Below are positions 12,785 through 27,700 of a stretch of DNA of 64,000 nt, piece after piece (position 1 is the first letter of the stretch; every line of letters starts with the position of its first letter). Made by a program: the position numbers and the translations under genes. The notes below the pieces were generated by a model, which was given only the letters and a program-made list of their open reading frames with translations, had not been told where the DNA came from and made no database searches. The stretch lies in the NCBI GenBank assembly GCA_001643675.2, contig LSRY02000039.1, positions 186,001 to 250,000 on the forward strand. Direction: 5' to 3'. The DNA is from Monocercomonoides exilis PA203 (taxonomy: Eukaryota; Protista; Preaxostyla).

Positions 12785-15700
12785 TTTTTCATCATCAACA
12801 TCAACAGCATCGCTATCATCAACCACACCACAGCCATCTGTTTTTGCTGAGCTTCTGTCTGTCATTCCATTGTGCACGCCTTCTTATTACTCTCTCCCTG
12901 ACTTGCACTCAGCCAGCATGCCTTCTTCTCCTCAAATGCGCTCTTTCTCTCCACCTCCTTCCTCCTCTCCTCCTCTCCTCTCCTCTTCATCTTATCCATC
13001 CTCTTCTTCTTCTTCTTCTTCCTCTTCCTCTTTTTCTTCACCCTTCTCTTCTCTCTTCACATCCTCCAACACACCCGAAGCCACTTTTCGCATCCTCTCC
13101 TCTGCCTCCTCTGACCTTGCCCAGCCACTCCACCGCCTTCTTCCCCATTCAAACGAGCCAGTGGCGTTGTCCTACAACAGAATCAAAAACAGCAGCCGTT
13201 ATGTGTGTGTGTGCTGCAAGCGCTTTCGTGAATCGGCCATTTACTTCTCTCCTCAGCTTCCTTCTTCAATCAAAGCAGACACCAAAGAAAGCTTAAAATT
13301 GGCAACACACTCGTCTTCCTTCTCAGATCTGACACAGGAGCCGTCGCTTTTGCTGTCTTCTTCGCCGTTCGTTGCAAGTTCTGCTTCAAATGCGTCAACT
13401 GCTAGCAATGCATCAACCACACAACCTGAACAATCACAACCTGCATCATCATCAAACTTATCCAATTCTAATACAAATACAAATAACAACTCTAATTCAT
13501 CATCATCCTTCTCCTCCTCTTCTTTTTCTTCCTCTTCTTCCTCTTCCAACTCCAGCACCGCTTCTGTCTCCTCCCCGCACCTCACCTTCTCTCCTCCCCA
13601 GACCACCCAGCAGACCATCAACATCGCGCAGATCAACGACATCCGCCTCTATCTCCCCAACATCCACTCCTTCTGGACACTTCTGAGTGACACAAACGAT
13701 GTCTGCTCATCTGAACTGACTGAATCGTATGCGCTGGCTTCTCCGCTTGCTCTGATTGACTCTGCCTCAGAACTGGCGAGGAAGTGGGCGAAGCTGCAGA
13801 AGAAGGCGAATGTGACACGGTGTGTGGAGTCGTTTCTGCTGGAAGACGAAGGAGAAGACAAACAGATGGAGTCGTTGATAGCAGAAGAGAAACAACATAA
13901 CAACCAACATCAACATTCATTAGGAATGAATTCATCCACCTCTTCTTCCTCTTCTTCCTCTTCCTCCTCCTTCCCTCGCTCTGTCTGGCTGCAGCAGCGG
14001 ATGACCGTCGAGGCTGTGCAGAACATCCGCTATGACGAGGCAACCATCGCTGAATACCGCCAGCTGTGGCACAGCGTCCGGATACAGACAGCCAAACAGG
14101 CCAATCAGAACGATGGAGAAAACAACACTCGCTTCGCGGAAACCAGCCAAATGGGCAGACAAACAGCAGAAGAGCTGGGGGAAGTGCAAGGAGGTGGATT
14201 CAATGAACAACAGCAACACAGTAACCAGAATCATCATCATCATCATCACAATCACTTTCCCTATGACAACCCCAATTCAACTGTTGTTATTTCCTACCGT
14301 TTCATTGCTCCACCCACATCCATCCACAAAATGCTGGCTGTCTCTCTCCTCCGCTCCAGCCTCATGTTTCTCATGTCTTCCCTCTGCATCTTTGCCCACT
14401 CGGCTGCTGACTACACGACAATCTCTGCTGCCAAAAGCACTTCGCTTCTCTCCTCTTCTCCATCACAAGGAAGCTCTTCTCTTTCTTCACAATTAGGCGG
14501 ATCATCATCATCTTCTTCTTCTTCTTCTTCCTCTTCTTCCTCCTCCTCTTCTTCACTGTCTGGTTCTCAAGGCTCTCCGATGCTTCCTCTTTCCTCTTCC
14601 TCTTCATTCCAGTCATCTTTAGCGCAAAGTGGATTGTCTGCTTTTTCTTCCACTTCTTCCTCTTCCTCTTCATCTTCTTCCTCGTCCTCGTCCTCTTCTT
14701 CTTCAGCCCAGTTTCTGTCATCATCACTCACATCTCCATTACAACCTTCTTCAAGCTATTTGACTCGTCGCAGTTTTCTTCCTTCTCGAATGCTTCAGTC
14801 ATCATCATCATCATCATCATCATCTTCTTCTTCTTCTTCCTCTCAAAATTCTCAGAATTCGGCTTTGTCTTCTTCCAATTCACTCTCAAGTTCTTTAATG
14901 AGTTCATCTTCATTCCCTTCTTCTTCTTCTTCCTCTTCTTCTTCTTCATCCTCTTCCTCCTCTTCCTCCACCTCCCCCTCCAACAACTCACCCAACTCTG
15001 CATATTCCTCATACACCACCGTCTCCTCCTCTTCCGGCGCCCTCTTCATTTCCCAGCGCCGCAAGCAGAGCATCCTCCCTCAAATAGACTCCACCCTCAT
15101 CCAAGCCACGTCCTCCATCCCTCTCCGCTTCATCCGCTCTTGGCGCTCTTCTCTGCTCCTCTGCCGCTCGCCTGCTGACACAAACAGCTATTCAAGAAGG
15201 AAGTCTTGTGCTTTCAAGAAATGTGCACTCAAGGCGATTCAGGACGGGAAGCAGCAGAATAAGCAGAAGCAAAGTGATGATTGTGAGAAAGAACAGACAG
15301 ACAAAGAGAGTTCTGAAGCAGCAATTGAATTCTCACAGCAGTTGCCAGAAAAAGAAGAGAAAGAACAAGATCACTCCATCGTATCCTCCGAAAAGCGTTC
15401 ACTGCCCATTCCCCTCATCCACTCGCTCTCTGTCTTCCACCGCAAAGAAATCATCACCTCATCCACGTCATTGAAGGGCACGCACCACGCCATTGTGGAA
15501 GAGTCTGAGCGGCTTCCCTCTTCTTTGTCTTCGTATTCTGCTGTCTATCTGCGCAGCCTCATTCACATGGCATCTGTTGTGGGCGAAGACGTCATCAGAG
15601 ACACATGCCTTTTCACTCTTTCTATGCTCCTCTTCATTTTCAGTTCATCATCATCTTCTTCTTCTTCATCCTCATCTTCTTCCTCCTCTTCATCTTCCTC

Positions 15701-18700
15701 TTCCTCTTCTGATGAAGTGCTTACCCAAATCCCCTCTGCCTCACCAGCCACCCTTCCGATGATGGCAGCCGCTGGTATTCTCCCATCTCCCTCAATGTCT
15801 CCTGTCTTGTCTGCCTCTTCTCCTTCCTCAGCTGCCTCATCTCCACCCAATCACTCATTCTTTTCTTCTGTGCTGCTCCATTCTGATCCTTCCTCTCCTG
15901 TTTCTTGTTCTCCCTCGAAGTATCCTGTCTCCATCATTCAACCTCCTCATTCAGTTTCACCTGCACAAAACACACAATTTGCAACTCCTCCTTTTCAATT
16001 TGGTGATTCTTTGTGTTTGTCTGGTGAAGCAGCTAAGCAATCCATGCAGGTTTCTTCCTCAGACAACTTCGACAGCTCAATCATTCCTGTTTCTCGTTCC
16101 TCCTTTTCTCAGCCTTTCTTTGCCTTCACCTCACTTCTCTCTTCCCAGGCAGCCCTCATCCAGCCTTCCTCTCTCATTCCACACCTCCACCCCTCAAACT
16201 TAGACAACCGCCTTGTCTTCTACTCCATTTTCTTGCTCCGCTCCGTTCTGACTGACTACACTTTGCTTGGCTCTTCGTGGGGGGTGGTGGCGCCTGCTGT
16301 GATTGCATTCCACAAGCAGATTGCACTGGCACAGATGCAAACCGATGCCTCGCTTGACCCATCCGTCGTGGTCATCTCAGAGAACGCCCCAGCTCTTTCG
16401 CGTGTATCCCCCGAGCTGCTGGCTGTGGTGTCTGAACTGACCAACACTTTCTTTGCACTCAGTGTGTTTCTGTCTGAAGGAGACCTGCTTTCACTCGTGT
16501 CTGTGCTCTCACAGATGGTTCTGAGTGATTTGGGGGTGATTGCAAACCAGCTGCAGGAGACAGAACAGCAAAGTGACAAAGGAGAACAGGGAGAAGCAGC
16601 TCAAACACAAACACAAACACAGTCACAACAGCAGCAACAGCAACAATCACAGCCACTCACTCATCCACTTGAGCTGAATGCATCTGAAGTGATGTTTAAC
16701 ATCCAGTCACCAGAGCTCCACCAGCCGTTTCTCATCCCCACCATTTATTCTCCGTGCCAAGTACCCTCTGCAGATGCCGATGAGACTGACACTCAGTTCC
16801 GCCCGCGCTCTCCCACACACGACCTGAACAAGTGCCCTTACTGCCTGGGGAGGAAAGACGTGTTTCTGGACTGTCCGTTTCTGACTGACTATATGTTCTC
16901 GAAGACGAGGAAGCAGACAGGAAGAGTTACATTCAACTTCGCTCCACAGACGACTCCAGAAAAGCAAGCGACTCGTTCACATACAAGTGCAACTGCATCA
17001 ACATCGCCACATTCATCATCATCATCATCATCATCATCAGTGATGGATGCTGCAGGAAACCAGAATTCGCCTGAGAAAGGAAATATAACATCAGACTCAA
17101 CACTCACTAACAATGCTTCTGCAACAGCAGGCAATTTATCTCCAACCAAATCAGTCGATGCACACCAAGCAACTTCACAAGAACAAGACGGATATTCAGT
17201 TGAACAAGATTGGCAGTTGGATGAGAAGGACACGCCGTTTTGGCTGACGGCGGAGGAGCAGAAGAAAAGACGAGCTTTTCTCTGCACGAAAATGAGGAAG
17301 AGCACAAATGTGCTGTTTTTGGAGGCGATTTCTCATTTTGTGCCGTTCGAGTGGAAGAAGAAGAACAACAAGAAGAAAAGAGAATCGTTCCAGAAGCAGA
17401 AGAAGAAGTACTCCACTCTGCACATGAATGAGAAGGCGAATGAGGAACATGTTCAATCAAAACAGTCTTCAAGTGCTTCGAGTGAATATTCAATGCAGAC
17501 AGCAGCAGCACAGTCACCAGCTGAATCTGCACAATTGACTGAAAGTGAAAGCGGAATCGGTGCCTTTGAGCTGAGCCAGCCTGCTGATCTACTGTCTGCC
17601 CCTTCAAAGTTTGACACAAAGAATACGATTGCTGAGCATTCAATGACATCTTCTCGCCTCACCACGCCCATCAGACACACACACAGCACCAGCGAGGGCA
17701 AGACATCGCCTTTCCCGTCTTTCTCTCACTCAGCCAGCAGCACCTCTTCAGCTGCAAACTCTGATCTGTCAGCCAGCGAACACTTGCCCAAACCAAAAGC
17801 AGAAGCCAATCCGCTCCGCCATTTGGCAGGCTCTCCACTCGAAGCAGCGCTGTTTTCTCCACTTCCAGGCAGCTCGTCTCCTCCACCGCAGCACCCTTCC
17901 ATCATCGGCACAAAGGGGAATCGCTCAGAAGGAACTGCTTCTTTTCTATCAGACCAGCAGAAGTTGCAATCTCCATCATCATTGTCTTCTTCTTCGACAG
18001 CAGCAAGCTCTTCTTCGTCGGCTAAGTCGTTGAACAGGCCGATTCCTCCACCGCCAATAGAGACACACGACTTTGTCAACTCTTCTGCAAAGAAGCAGTC
18101 GCAGCCCATTCGCATAGCACATGCGCAGAATGCGGAGCTGAGCAAGATTGCAAGGGAACAACAGAAGGAGAAAAATAAGGAGAAAAAGGAGGAAAAGAAA
18201 AAGGAGAAGAAAAAGAAGAAGGGAAAAACAGGACTGACGAAAGCGGAGAAGGAAATCATACTCAAAATACTGAACGATGAAGAGAAAGAGAAAGAAAAGG
18301 AAAAAGGAAAAGAAGCAGGAGCACAATCTGCAAATGAAGAATCTCAAAATCAGAAGCACCGCTCTTCATTCAAAGCGAAGCTCAAGAGAATTCTCTCGGA
18401 GACACTTTCTGAGAAAAGCTTGGATTCATTCAGTGAAATCGAAGACGGCAGCAAAAGTGAAAGCGGTGCATCGTCTTCAGACACGTCAGACATCATGTTC
18501 TCTTCGTCTTCTTCTCTTTCATCCATCTCAATCGAGTCCTCTGAGCGGGCAGCGAAGATTGTGAGGTTTGTGGAGATGCGCCTCAAAAAGATGAAGCAGA
18601 AGGAGCAGCGGAAGCAGCAGCGGTCTTCTTCCAGCTCTCCTTCATCACAGACAGATAGCTCGGCTGAACTGGTGAATCTGACAAGGCGGAGCAGCTATTT

Positions 18701-21700
18701 GCCAGATGCATCTGGAAGCAGAGAGACTGGAGAATACCACAGAAGCAGGAAAAGCACAAGGCAGGAGGATTCAGCAGCAGCAGCGTCGTCGTCTGAAAAG
18801 CGGAGGAAGCGAAGCGGGTCTGTTGTTTCTATCAGACAGGAGGAGTTTTCAGAGGAAGAGAACGAAGGAGACGAGATTGCGTATCCGTTTGAGATGACAC
18901 ATGTGACAGACATCCACACGAACGACCTGTCTGAAGAAGGCGAAGACGAGATCGACCAGCTGATTGAAGATGTGCGCGAGAAGCTGGAGCAGGAGACACA
19001 CAGAAGAAGCACCATTTCTGAGGATCTGTCGGATTCGCTGAATGCTTCTGGCTCGCCTGTGGAGAGTGAACAGTCTCCAGAATCGAACCTTCCAAGTGAG
19101 GTTGGCTCTGCTTCGTCGCTGAATGAGTCATCTCCTGGCGAATGGACAGACAGCGATCAATCATCTGCACATTCTTCTTTATCTATGCATTCTCTTTCTT
19201 CTTCGAATGACACTGTGACTGTGGATGATGATGAGAATGGCATGCTTTCAGAATCAAATGGAAAGGAAACTGAATCCAATAGAACAGAAACAAATAATAA
19301 AAAACGCGCCAAAGCAAAGAGTGTTTCGCCAAATCAGCATTTGTCAATTTCAATTCCTCTGTCTTCTCCAAAAGCTTCCATCGATCCCCACGCAAATGCG
19401 TTTCAATCATCTCCTGCTGAGTCTTTGTGTGCATCTCCTCCTTCACAGCCGCTGGCTTCACCATCGGTTCATTCCTCAATTGCCGGTGCTGCAAGTTGCT
19501 TGGCATTTGACACGTTTGAAGAGCTGCAGCCTGCTTATTCGCAGACACAGGCACATCAAACAGCATCTTCGTCTCAGTCCTCTCATTCGAGCCCAGTTGT
19601 AATCATCTCTCGACAGAAGAACAAGTCTGGCCAAGAAATCCCTACAGCTGAAACATTACCTGCTCAGCTGTCCTCTGACCCATCGATTTCTTCCTCAATG
19701 GCAGTGTCTTTGATGTCTGTACCGCACATAATACCGCTGGATCCTTCTCATCTACCAACGAAAGCAACCAACCTTTCTGTGAAATCCTACAAGCGCAGGA
19801 TAAAATCACGTCGTGCACAGAAAAATGGCAGAGAAAGCAAAAACAAAAACAAGCACATGAAAAAGAAAGGGCGAGCAAAGAAGGCGACGCCACAGAGAAC
19901 CTTGCGGCACTTCTTCCGTGGTGTGTCTCATTGGGACGTGCCTTTCTTTGCCGAACTGGCAGATTCTCCTTTTTCTCCGTCACTTTCACTGATCCATCCA
20001 ACCCACTCGTCTATTATCAGACCCAAAGGTGAACAAAAAATATTTGAGAATTTCGCACAGCATACTCCTGCGAATCTGAGCCGCGAGATATTTCCAATCT
20101 TCATTTCGAGAGTAATCCCAACACAGACAACAATCAACACATTTTACACGTTTGGGCTGTGCAGGCTGTTGGATGTCATCCGATTCAACGCGTTCCGCAT
20201 CAACGTGCTGCTTCCGAAGCTGCTGCCACTTCTCCACATTTTGTGCATTTCCCAAAGCAATTTCGTCAGACTGCTGGCTGTTGAGGCGTGTGCAAGCATT
20301 GTGAATGCGCTGATGGTGTTTTCTGTGGACAACAAGCATCTTCCTCACTCAATATACGATGTGCATCCACACATCACTCTCATATTCAACTTCATGCGAT
20401 TCGAAATTCGAACAGCTGCCTTTTCAGATCTTAAAAACTCTTTTATTGACACAATGCACAAGTTATTTGTCATCTGGTGCGACAGATTTAATGAGCAAGA
20501 GACTCAGATTGCACTGGAATGCATCATCGAACTCTTCAACTTTCCAATCGATTCTTCTCTTATTGTGCAGACTGATTATGTATCAAAGCATCTGCAAGCT
20601 GATGAATCCACGAAAGTTCAGCAAGAGTCCAACATCGTTCCATTGAATGCACCAAAATCAGAAGTGTTCTTTGAATGCAAATCAACAGGAGAGTATTCAG
20701 GCTGGGGCGGTGGAGCATTTGTGGGGATTGAAGCAGCATGTGAAAGATTCAAGCCAAATAACGAAGGACTGTTTGCTGTTGTGCGTATTTTGCACTCTTC
20801 TCTGTTGAATGAGTCACAAATGAATGAACTTCTAACTCCACAAAAGCTAATTCCAGAATCTGAAACCGTTTGGAAAGGGATCGATTTCCTGCAGCATTTG
20901 GTGAACAACCATCTAATTTCGTTCTCTCCTAACACTCTTGTTCTTGTGCTAGTTGCGTCTGCCTCTGTCGTCTTTGGACAATTCCCTCTTTCTGCCTCAC
21001 TCACCTGCTGCGACATCTTCTTCGAAGCCACAAACACAGCAGCCAAGCGTGCTGTTAAAGAGGGCATCAATCTTATTCCAACGCAGCCTCTCCAAGATAT
21101 CCAATTATCAGAGCCATTTGCATTTGACTATGTAAATTCCACACATTTTGCACTGCACGTATTCATCCAGATGATCCACTCTCCAAGCATCGAGATAAGA
21201 ACCTGCTGCATCATGACGCTGTCCATCCTTCTTTGCGACAGCCGGTGGAAGTCCACAGGAGATGCACAGACTGTCCTGTGCGCCATTGAGAAACTGCTGC
21301 GGATGAGTCGTGTGGTGTGGGCAGAGATCATCATGAATGCATACGACATTGTCACTCCGCTGATTGAAGGAGAGAGCACACAGACATCCGCTGCATCGTC
21401 GGTGTCTTCTGCTCTTCTGCAGCACCACACACACGGCAAAGAGCACCGCCAGTGGGAAAACACACTCGCCATCTTGTCAAAGACACTTGCAGACATTCTG
21501 TTCAACCAGCTGCAGCTGATCTGCGCTGCTTTCCCGGACATTCGTTCTGCTCAAACAAAACTCAACTTTGCATTTGCGCCTGCGCTGGGGGCATATCTGG
21601 CGAATCTGCTGTTGTTTGGAACAGGAGAAGTGGCTGATGCTGGCTTCCATTTGGCGCATGTGCTGCTCTTTAAGCTTCAGGATGTTATATCCAGCAGACA

Positions 21701-24700
21701 TTTATTTGATAAAAGTCCATCTCAAAGTGAAGATAGTACTCAGAATGAGATTGAAAACACAAAAGAGAAAGCAACTGAAAAGTCACAATCAAATGTTCCC
21801 TTGGCAGTTGAGCTGTGGAATGCTGTGTGGTGTTCTCTTCAAGTGTTCTGCGAAGATTCTCAAAGTGGATGCCCTCATTGCAAACATCTCTTCACGCCTT
21901 CCTCGTTCGCCAAGCGATGCTCTTATCTTTTGGGAAGTGTTGAAGGTCTTTCTCTTCCAGTCTTCTCGCTGCTTCCTTCGTTCCCTTGTCCTTCCTATCC
22001 GCCTCTGTTTCTGAGGATGGCCAGATGCCCTCTCTGCTCCTTGACTCCGTCGAAATCTGCGATTCTCGCACTTCTCATTCAGCCTTTCCTTCCTCGTGCG
22101 CTTCCACTTCCAGTCACCGCACTCCCTTCTTCTTCAGACATCCAGTTCAACTGGGACAGACACGAAATGTCTGCCTTTCACGAGAAATCCTTAAAGAAAC
22201 CAGCTGAACAAGCTCCTTCATCATCATCTTCTTCTTCCTCTTCTCATTCTCATTCTCAATCCCAATCACAATCCCAATCACAAACGTCATCAGCAGCCTC
22301 ACGTTCAAACAACATTCCTCTTTCTGAGTACATTATGAAAGAAACCTCTGTTTTTGGGCCTTTTGGAGTCTCATCGCCATTTGAATACTTGCTTTCTTCT
22401 TCCTTGCCCACTCCCAATGAAAATTCTAGTGCTTCTTCTTCTTCTTGTTCTTCTTCAGCAAACACAGAGCCTTCCTCCGCTTCTTCAAACTCCTTTACAT
22501 CTGTTGGGAATTATTCATCCTCCTCTTCAGCTTCCTCATTTGTCCAGACACATCACGCAAAATCTATCCCTTATCTTGTCCAATCAAACACAAAGATCCC
22601 CTTAGCTGTTGACATCCCACCTCCCCTCCGCACTCTCTGTGCCTCTCTCATCCACTGCGCTGCACATCGCACATACGCTGCCTCTTTGCCCCGCCTCTCC
22701 CGCTCGCTCATCGATCCGCTCTTGTCCTTCACTTCCATCTCAACTGGACCACTGAAAATAGCCAAAGTTGCAAGAGCATCACACAGCTTCTTCCTGCGCA
22801 GCATCCTCGGCGAAGAGTATGTAACAGCTCTGCCTCCATCCCAGTTCTCTTCGGCAACACTGATGGTTGTTCCCACGAAGGATAAGGAAAAATCAGAAGG
22901 ATGGAAGAACAGAAGAGCACGTGGCGGAGCGGACAAATCTCCAAAGCAGAATGCTTCTTCTTCTTCTTTGTCTGGAGAAGATGCATCAGATGCACTTCTT
23001 TCTTCATCTTCTTCTTCAATGAGCTCCTCTTCATCACAACAGTCTGACTCCAACAACATGACCGACGATGAATTCGAAGAAGCGCAAACAGACTGGTTTT
23101 CAAAGGGATACTACAACCTCTCTCAGCCTGCTCCACAGAAGCTGTTTCCCTGCTGTGCTGATTGGATGGCTGAGTGTCAGCGCGACCCGGCACTCGACGA
23201 CGAGCCAACTCTGCTTTCATCTCCAAGTCCCTCTTCTTCATCTGCTTCTTCTTCTGCTTCTGCTTCTTCTTCTTCTCTTTCATTCGATTCTTCTAATTCA
23301 AATATTGCAACTTCTTCATCGGATCTTCCAGGGTCACTTGAAAACAATGTAACAAATAAAGATGAATCACTTGAATGCACCTGTAAAGGCAGTAACGAGT
23401 CATCCGCGTCTGTTCTTCCTCTTTCTACTCCATTTCCAACTCTCCATCGGTTTTGTGATGTTCTTCGTCTGCTTGTCATTACCTCTCTCTGCGGTACAGC
23501 CATCACCCCCTTCACTCGCAGTTTTTCTCCTTTCTCTGCCAAGTTCCAGGATTCAATCACAGGAAACACGGGACATCGCTACGAGGCACCTCCTTGTGGG
23601 CCTTATCTGCGCTTACAAGACGTTGAAGCATACATTCAGTCAATGAACTTGAGTGAAGGTGATGGCAATCACAATGAAGATAGCAAAGATGATGTTCCAA
23701 GTGATAACAGCACTGTTAAAGATGGTATTAAACCATCAAAGATACAAGAGCAAACAGACAGATGTGAAGAGCCACGTCCTCTGGTTATGAAGAAAGAAGG
23801 CAGAGAAAACAAAATAATGACGCCTGAAGATGTGATTGGTGCTGTCACTGTTTCTCAATGCTGGCCCTGCTATTTCCATGCATCTTTCATTTTTTCTCCT
23901 TCTTTCAATGCATTTTCCTCCTACTTTGCTGTCCCTCCGCTCGATTCTCTGCTGAAAGATTCCTTTGTCAGAGAGAAAATCAACTTGCCTTTCCTTCATT
24001 TGTCCACTCTTCACACTTTGTCTTTCTTTGCACCCAATCTCCAGATGCAATCAGAGTGTGGTGCTTACTCCCCTTCTGAATCTTCAATTCTCAGTGAAGC
24101 CTTGATCTCTTCGCTGTGGAGAGAAGTATCCTTTGCCTTCTCCGAGCTGCAGCAGATAAGCTCAGTATTCATTGCATGTGGATGTCCAGAGACGGCTGTG
24201 AGTGAGCTGGAACATGAGGGAGAAAACGACACTTTCCAGTCATCTTCAGATTTTGCCTCATCAAAGCCGAAAAACATCATGTTTTCAACGCAACTGAAGT
24301 TGGGCTTCCGTCACTCGGCTGAATCCCCAGGCGACACATTCACAGCGCTGCATCTGAAGGTAATGGCAGCTGCATTCTTGTCATCGTGCAAGCTGCTGGC
24401 CTGCTGTTTGGAGTCTGTTGCATTCATCATCCAGTTCCTGCACGCCTCGTTTTCTGTGCGTCTTATCGAAGCGCTGACGGTTCCTCTGATTTATCTGGCG
24501 AATTATTGCCCGCCAGTTCAGTTTGCATCAGTGTCCACTCTGATTGCTCTCTTTTCACGCACTCTCGATGAAAACACACCAATTATTCTGTCAATTCCTT
24601 CATCTGCAAAGCAAACTTCAACACTTCGCTCCAAATTGTGGAGTCTGTTTATTTTGGCATTCTCAAGAATTAAGTTCACCTCTGCACTTCGCTCCGATCT

Positions 24701-27700
24701 GTTGTCAAATGTGCCTTTTTCAAAAACAGTTCGTTCGCTCCTCGAGTCTATAAGCAGCTCGACAGAACGTCATCTTCCTCCGCTTCAGCTGCTGAGCCTG
24801 TTTGATTACTCAGTCTTCATCAAGTGCTATGCAAAAGAGCTGATCGGCTTTGAAGACGTGGCTGAATATCAAGATCATGTCGAATGGCACATTGCCTGCA
24901 ACTGCTTCCTCGAGCAGGTTATTTCCTCCTTCCAGCTGCACAAGGCGCTGGTTCAGGAAGAAGCAGAGTCTGTCAAAAGGAAGCAGTTGGAGCAGCGCAA
25001 TCAGACAAGCAGCCGAAGAGAGCGGGCTGTGTCTGTTGCAGAGAAGAAGCCACTTTTTGAACGAGGGGCGCCTTCTTTGAGAGGAATGCCTGCAAGTGGC
25101 ACTGCCAGAGGCAGAGGAAGGGTGCGTGTGAGAGGGAAAGTGTATGACCGAGCACGTGGATTGGGGAGGATTGTGGTCAGAAGCAGAGGGACGGGGCATT
25201 CTGTGCTGAAAGCATCGGCTGTGGGTGAGGAGAGAAATGAAGAAGATTCGACTCTGCTTCAGAAGGTGGAGAAAGACGGAGAAGGCGATGAAGGGGAAAG
25301 AGAAGGGGAAAGCGTCGATCGTCAAGCAACTGGAGATAATCAACAAGCGATTGAAGAACAAGGTACAAATTCTGCTGAAGCGAAATCTGCTTCTTCAATT
25401 CTTCAGGCAAGTGAGCAGACACGTTTGCATTCATCCAAACAACATTCGACAAACGAACAGAATTCACAAAGGAAAGATTTACAAGATGTGGAGTCTGGTG
25501 ATGAAAAGGAACAGATCGCAAAATCTTCTTTTGATGAAAACGAGTTCAGTTGTGAGATGACAATGGGAAGGATCAAGGAAAGCATGTCGCAGTATCCTAA
25601 TTTCGATAGCGGAGAGAAAGGCGAAGAGACCGAAAGCTTTTGCAGCAGAGAGGATGTTAACATTGTCAGCTACAAAGACGAAAACAGACGAAGCGGGGCA
25701 ACTGAAAACTCTGCCAGCTACCAGGAAGGAGACGAAGAGCCAAGCTCGAAAGAGAAAGCGAACGATCCAAAATCCCTCAGCAACGACGAGGATGAGCCTG
25801 CTCCGGTGCTCAAGCAATCCAGAAGCAGTCAGTACAAATCACGTTCTCCAGAGGCGGTGCAGGCTACTTCTCCTTCATCGCCTTCCAACAGCCTCCATCT
25901 TTCCTATCAGAATGTGACACCCGACGAGGCAGGATCAGAGGTTGAGTCAGACATGGAGGTGCACATTGAGTCGTATGAAAACAGAGAAGAAATGATGTCT
26001 CCGCCAACACAGCCAGAGTCGCATTCACAGGCAGAGTCATCGTCTGACTCGCAGCCTGGCTCTCAGTCTGGTTCACAGCACGATTCTCAGCCACATTCTT
26101 TAAGTAACTCACAGCAGAAACTCAAAGCAGGAGAGGAAAGAGTGGAAACTGTGGAAGATTTGATTCAAGTTTCACTTTCTTCAGCAAGTGGAAGAGCAGA
26201 ATCTGAAGACAGCTCTTCACCTCTGACAGCCGTATCTGCATCTCCTCCATCTCCCCTTTCTCTTATGTCTTCTCCTTCTTCTCAGCTTAATTACAAGCTT
26301 CAGTCTAGCCCCAAAATAGCTGCTCCTAAAGTTGCGTCGTTGCCTCGTTATTCTCCTTCTTCCTCGCCTTCTTCTTCAGCATCTCCTCCACCACTGTCCG
26401 CACGCTCTTCAATGTCAACACTCAGCAACATTCCCCAACTTGGCAATCCTTCGACTCTTGCGGCACAAGCGCAAATGCCAACACCAGCATCATCACCATC
26501 ACCGTCTCAAACATCGCATCGATCTCATGTGTGGGATTATGCAGCGACTCTTCCGCGGATGACATTCTGCGCCATCACAAACAGCATCATGGCAGCGTTC
26601 CACAGCGGCATCCGCATTTCTGCTCCACCGGTTGATCTTTCGTTCCGCAATGAAGCGACTTCAAAGGGAAACGAAAAGGAGCAGACAGACATCCTGAACA
26701 GCCTCCGCGGTGCAATGAAATCGGATGCAATTGAACAGGAGAAGGAGGCAGGAAGAAGAGAGAAAAACGGGCCTCTTCCGTTTATTTCCCCCACATCCAA
26801 TCCAATCTTGTTTGTTCCGATTGATGTGCACAATGCAGTTAGCACTGAACCACTGCTGTTTGTAACGTATGTTGGCGAAGCTGGTTCTTCTCTTAAGAGC
26901 GGGAATAGATCTGCATCAGCATTGCATTCTCCAATGAGAAAGCCTTCTTCAGTTGGACTATCTGTGTATCAAGACATTCCCGCCCGCAATGCTTTGCCTA
27001 TTAGTCGCTCAATTTCCGTAACTCAATCGTTAGCATCTTCTTATTTAACACACTCTCCACAGCTGCACGTCTCATCTTCTTCCCTGTCTCTCCTCGCTTC
27101 GCCTTCAACAGGATCACCAGCGTCTATAAAACGGAAGCACACACTATCGTTTCCTTCTCAGCACTATATGCCACCCGGAAGTTCAGCTCCAGTACCCCTT
27201 CAACTTTCTTCGTCTCCTTTTTCTTCAATTCTTCTTTTCAGCACTGCCTGGCCAACGATTACTTCTCTCTGCCGTCCAGAAAGCGAACTGACTGTTCTGT
27301 TTATCAATGCAATACGTCAGATCTTCCTTCCAAATGCTGTTGCTTTCACTCTTCGTTGGATCAAGGATAGCATGGAAGATTCTGAGAGTGAAACAAATGA
27401 AACTAATATTGAAGAAGGATTTAATCAAAAAGGCTCATACGGTTCAGATATTTCAAGTGATGATGCTGACAAAAGTGATTTGAGCTATTTGAATGACAGC
27501 ACCTGTGCAGAAGAAAAGCTATTAATCGCACAAAAATCATATTCCGAACAACACATTGAGGAAAAGCTGTTATATAATTTGCTGTCGACTGCAGATTCAA
27601 CTAAAAGCTGCATAAAAGACCCTCTAAATTATGTGGATGAGAAGCATATGCCACCTTCATTTTTTGCACAGATGATGAGACACTTTGTGAAAGAACTTAT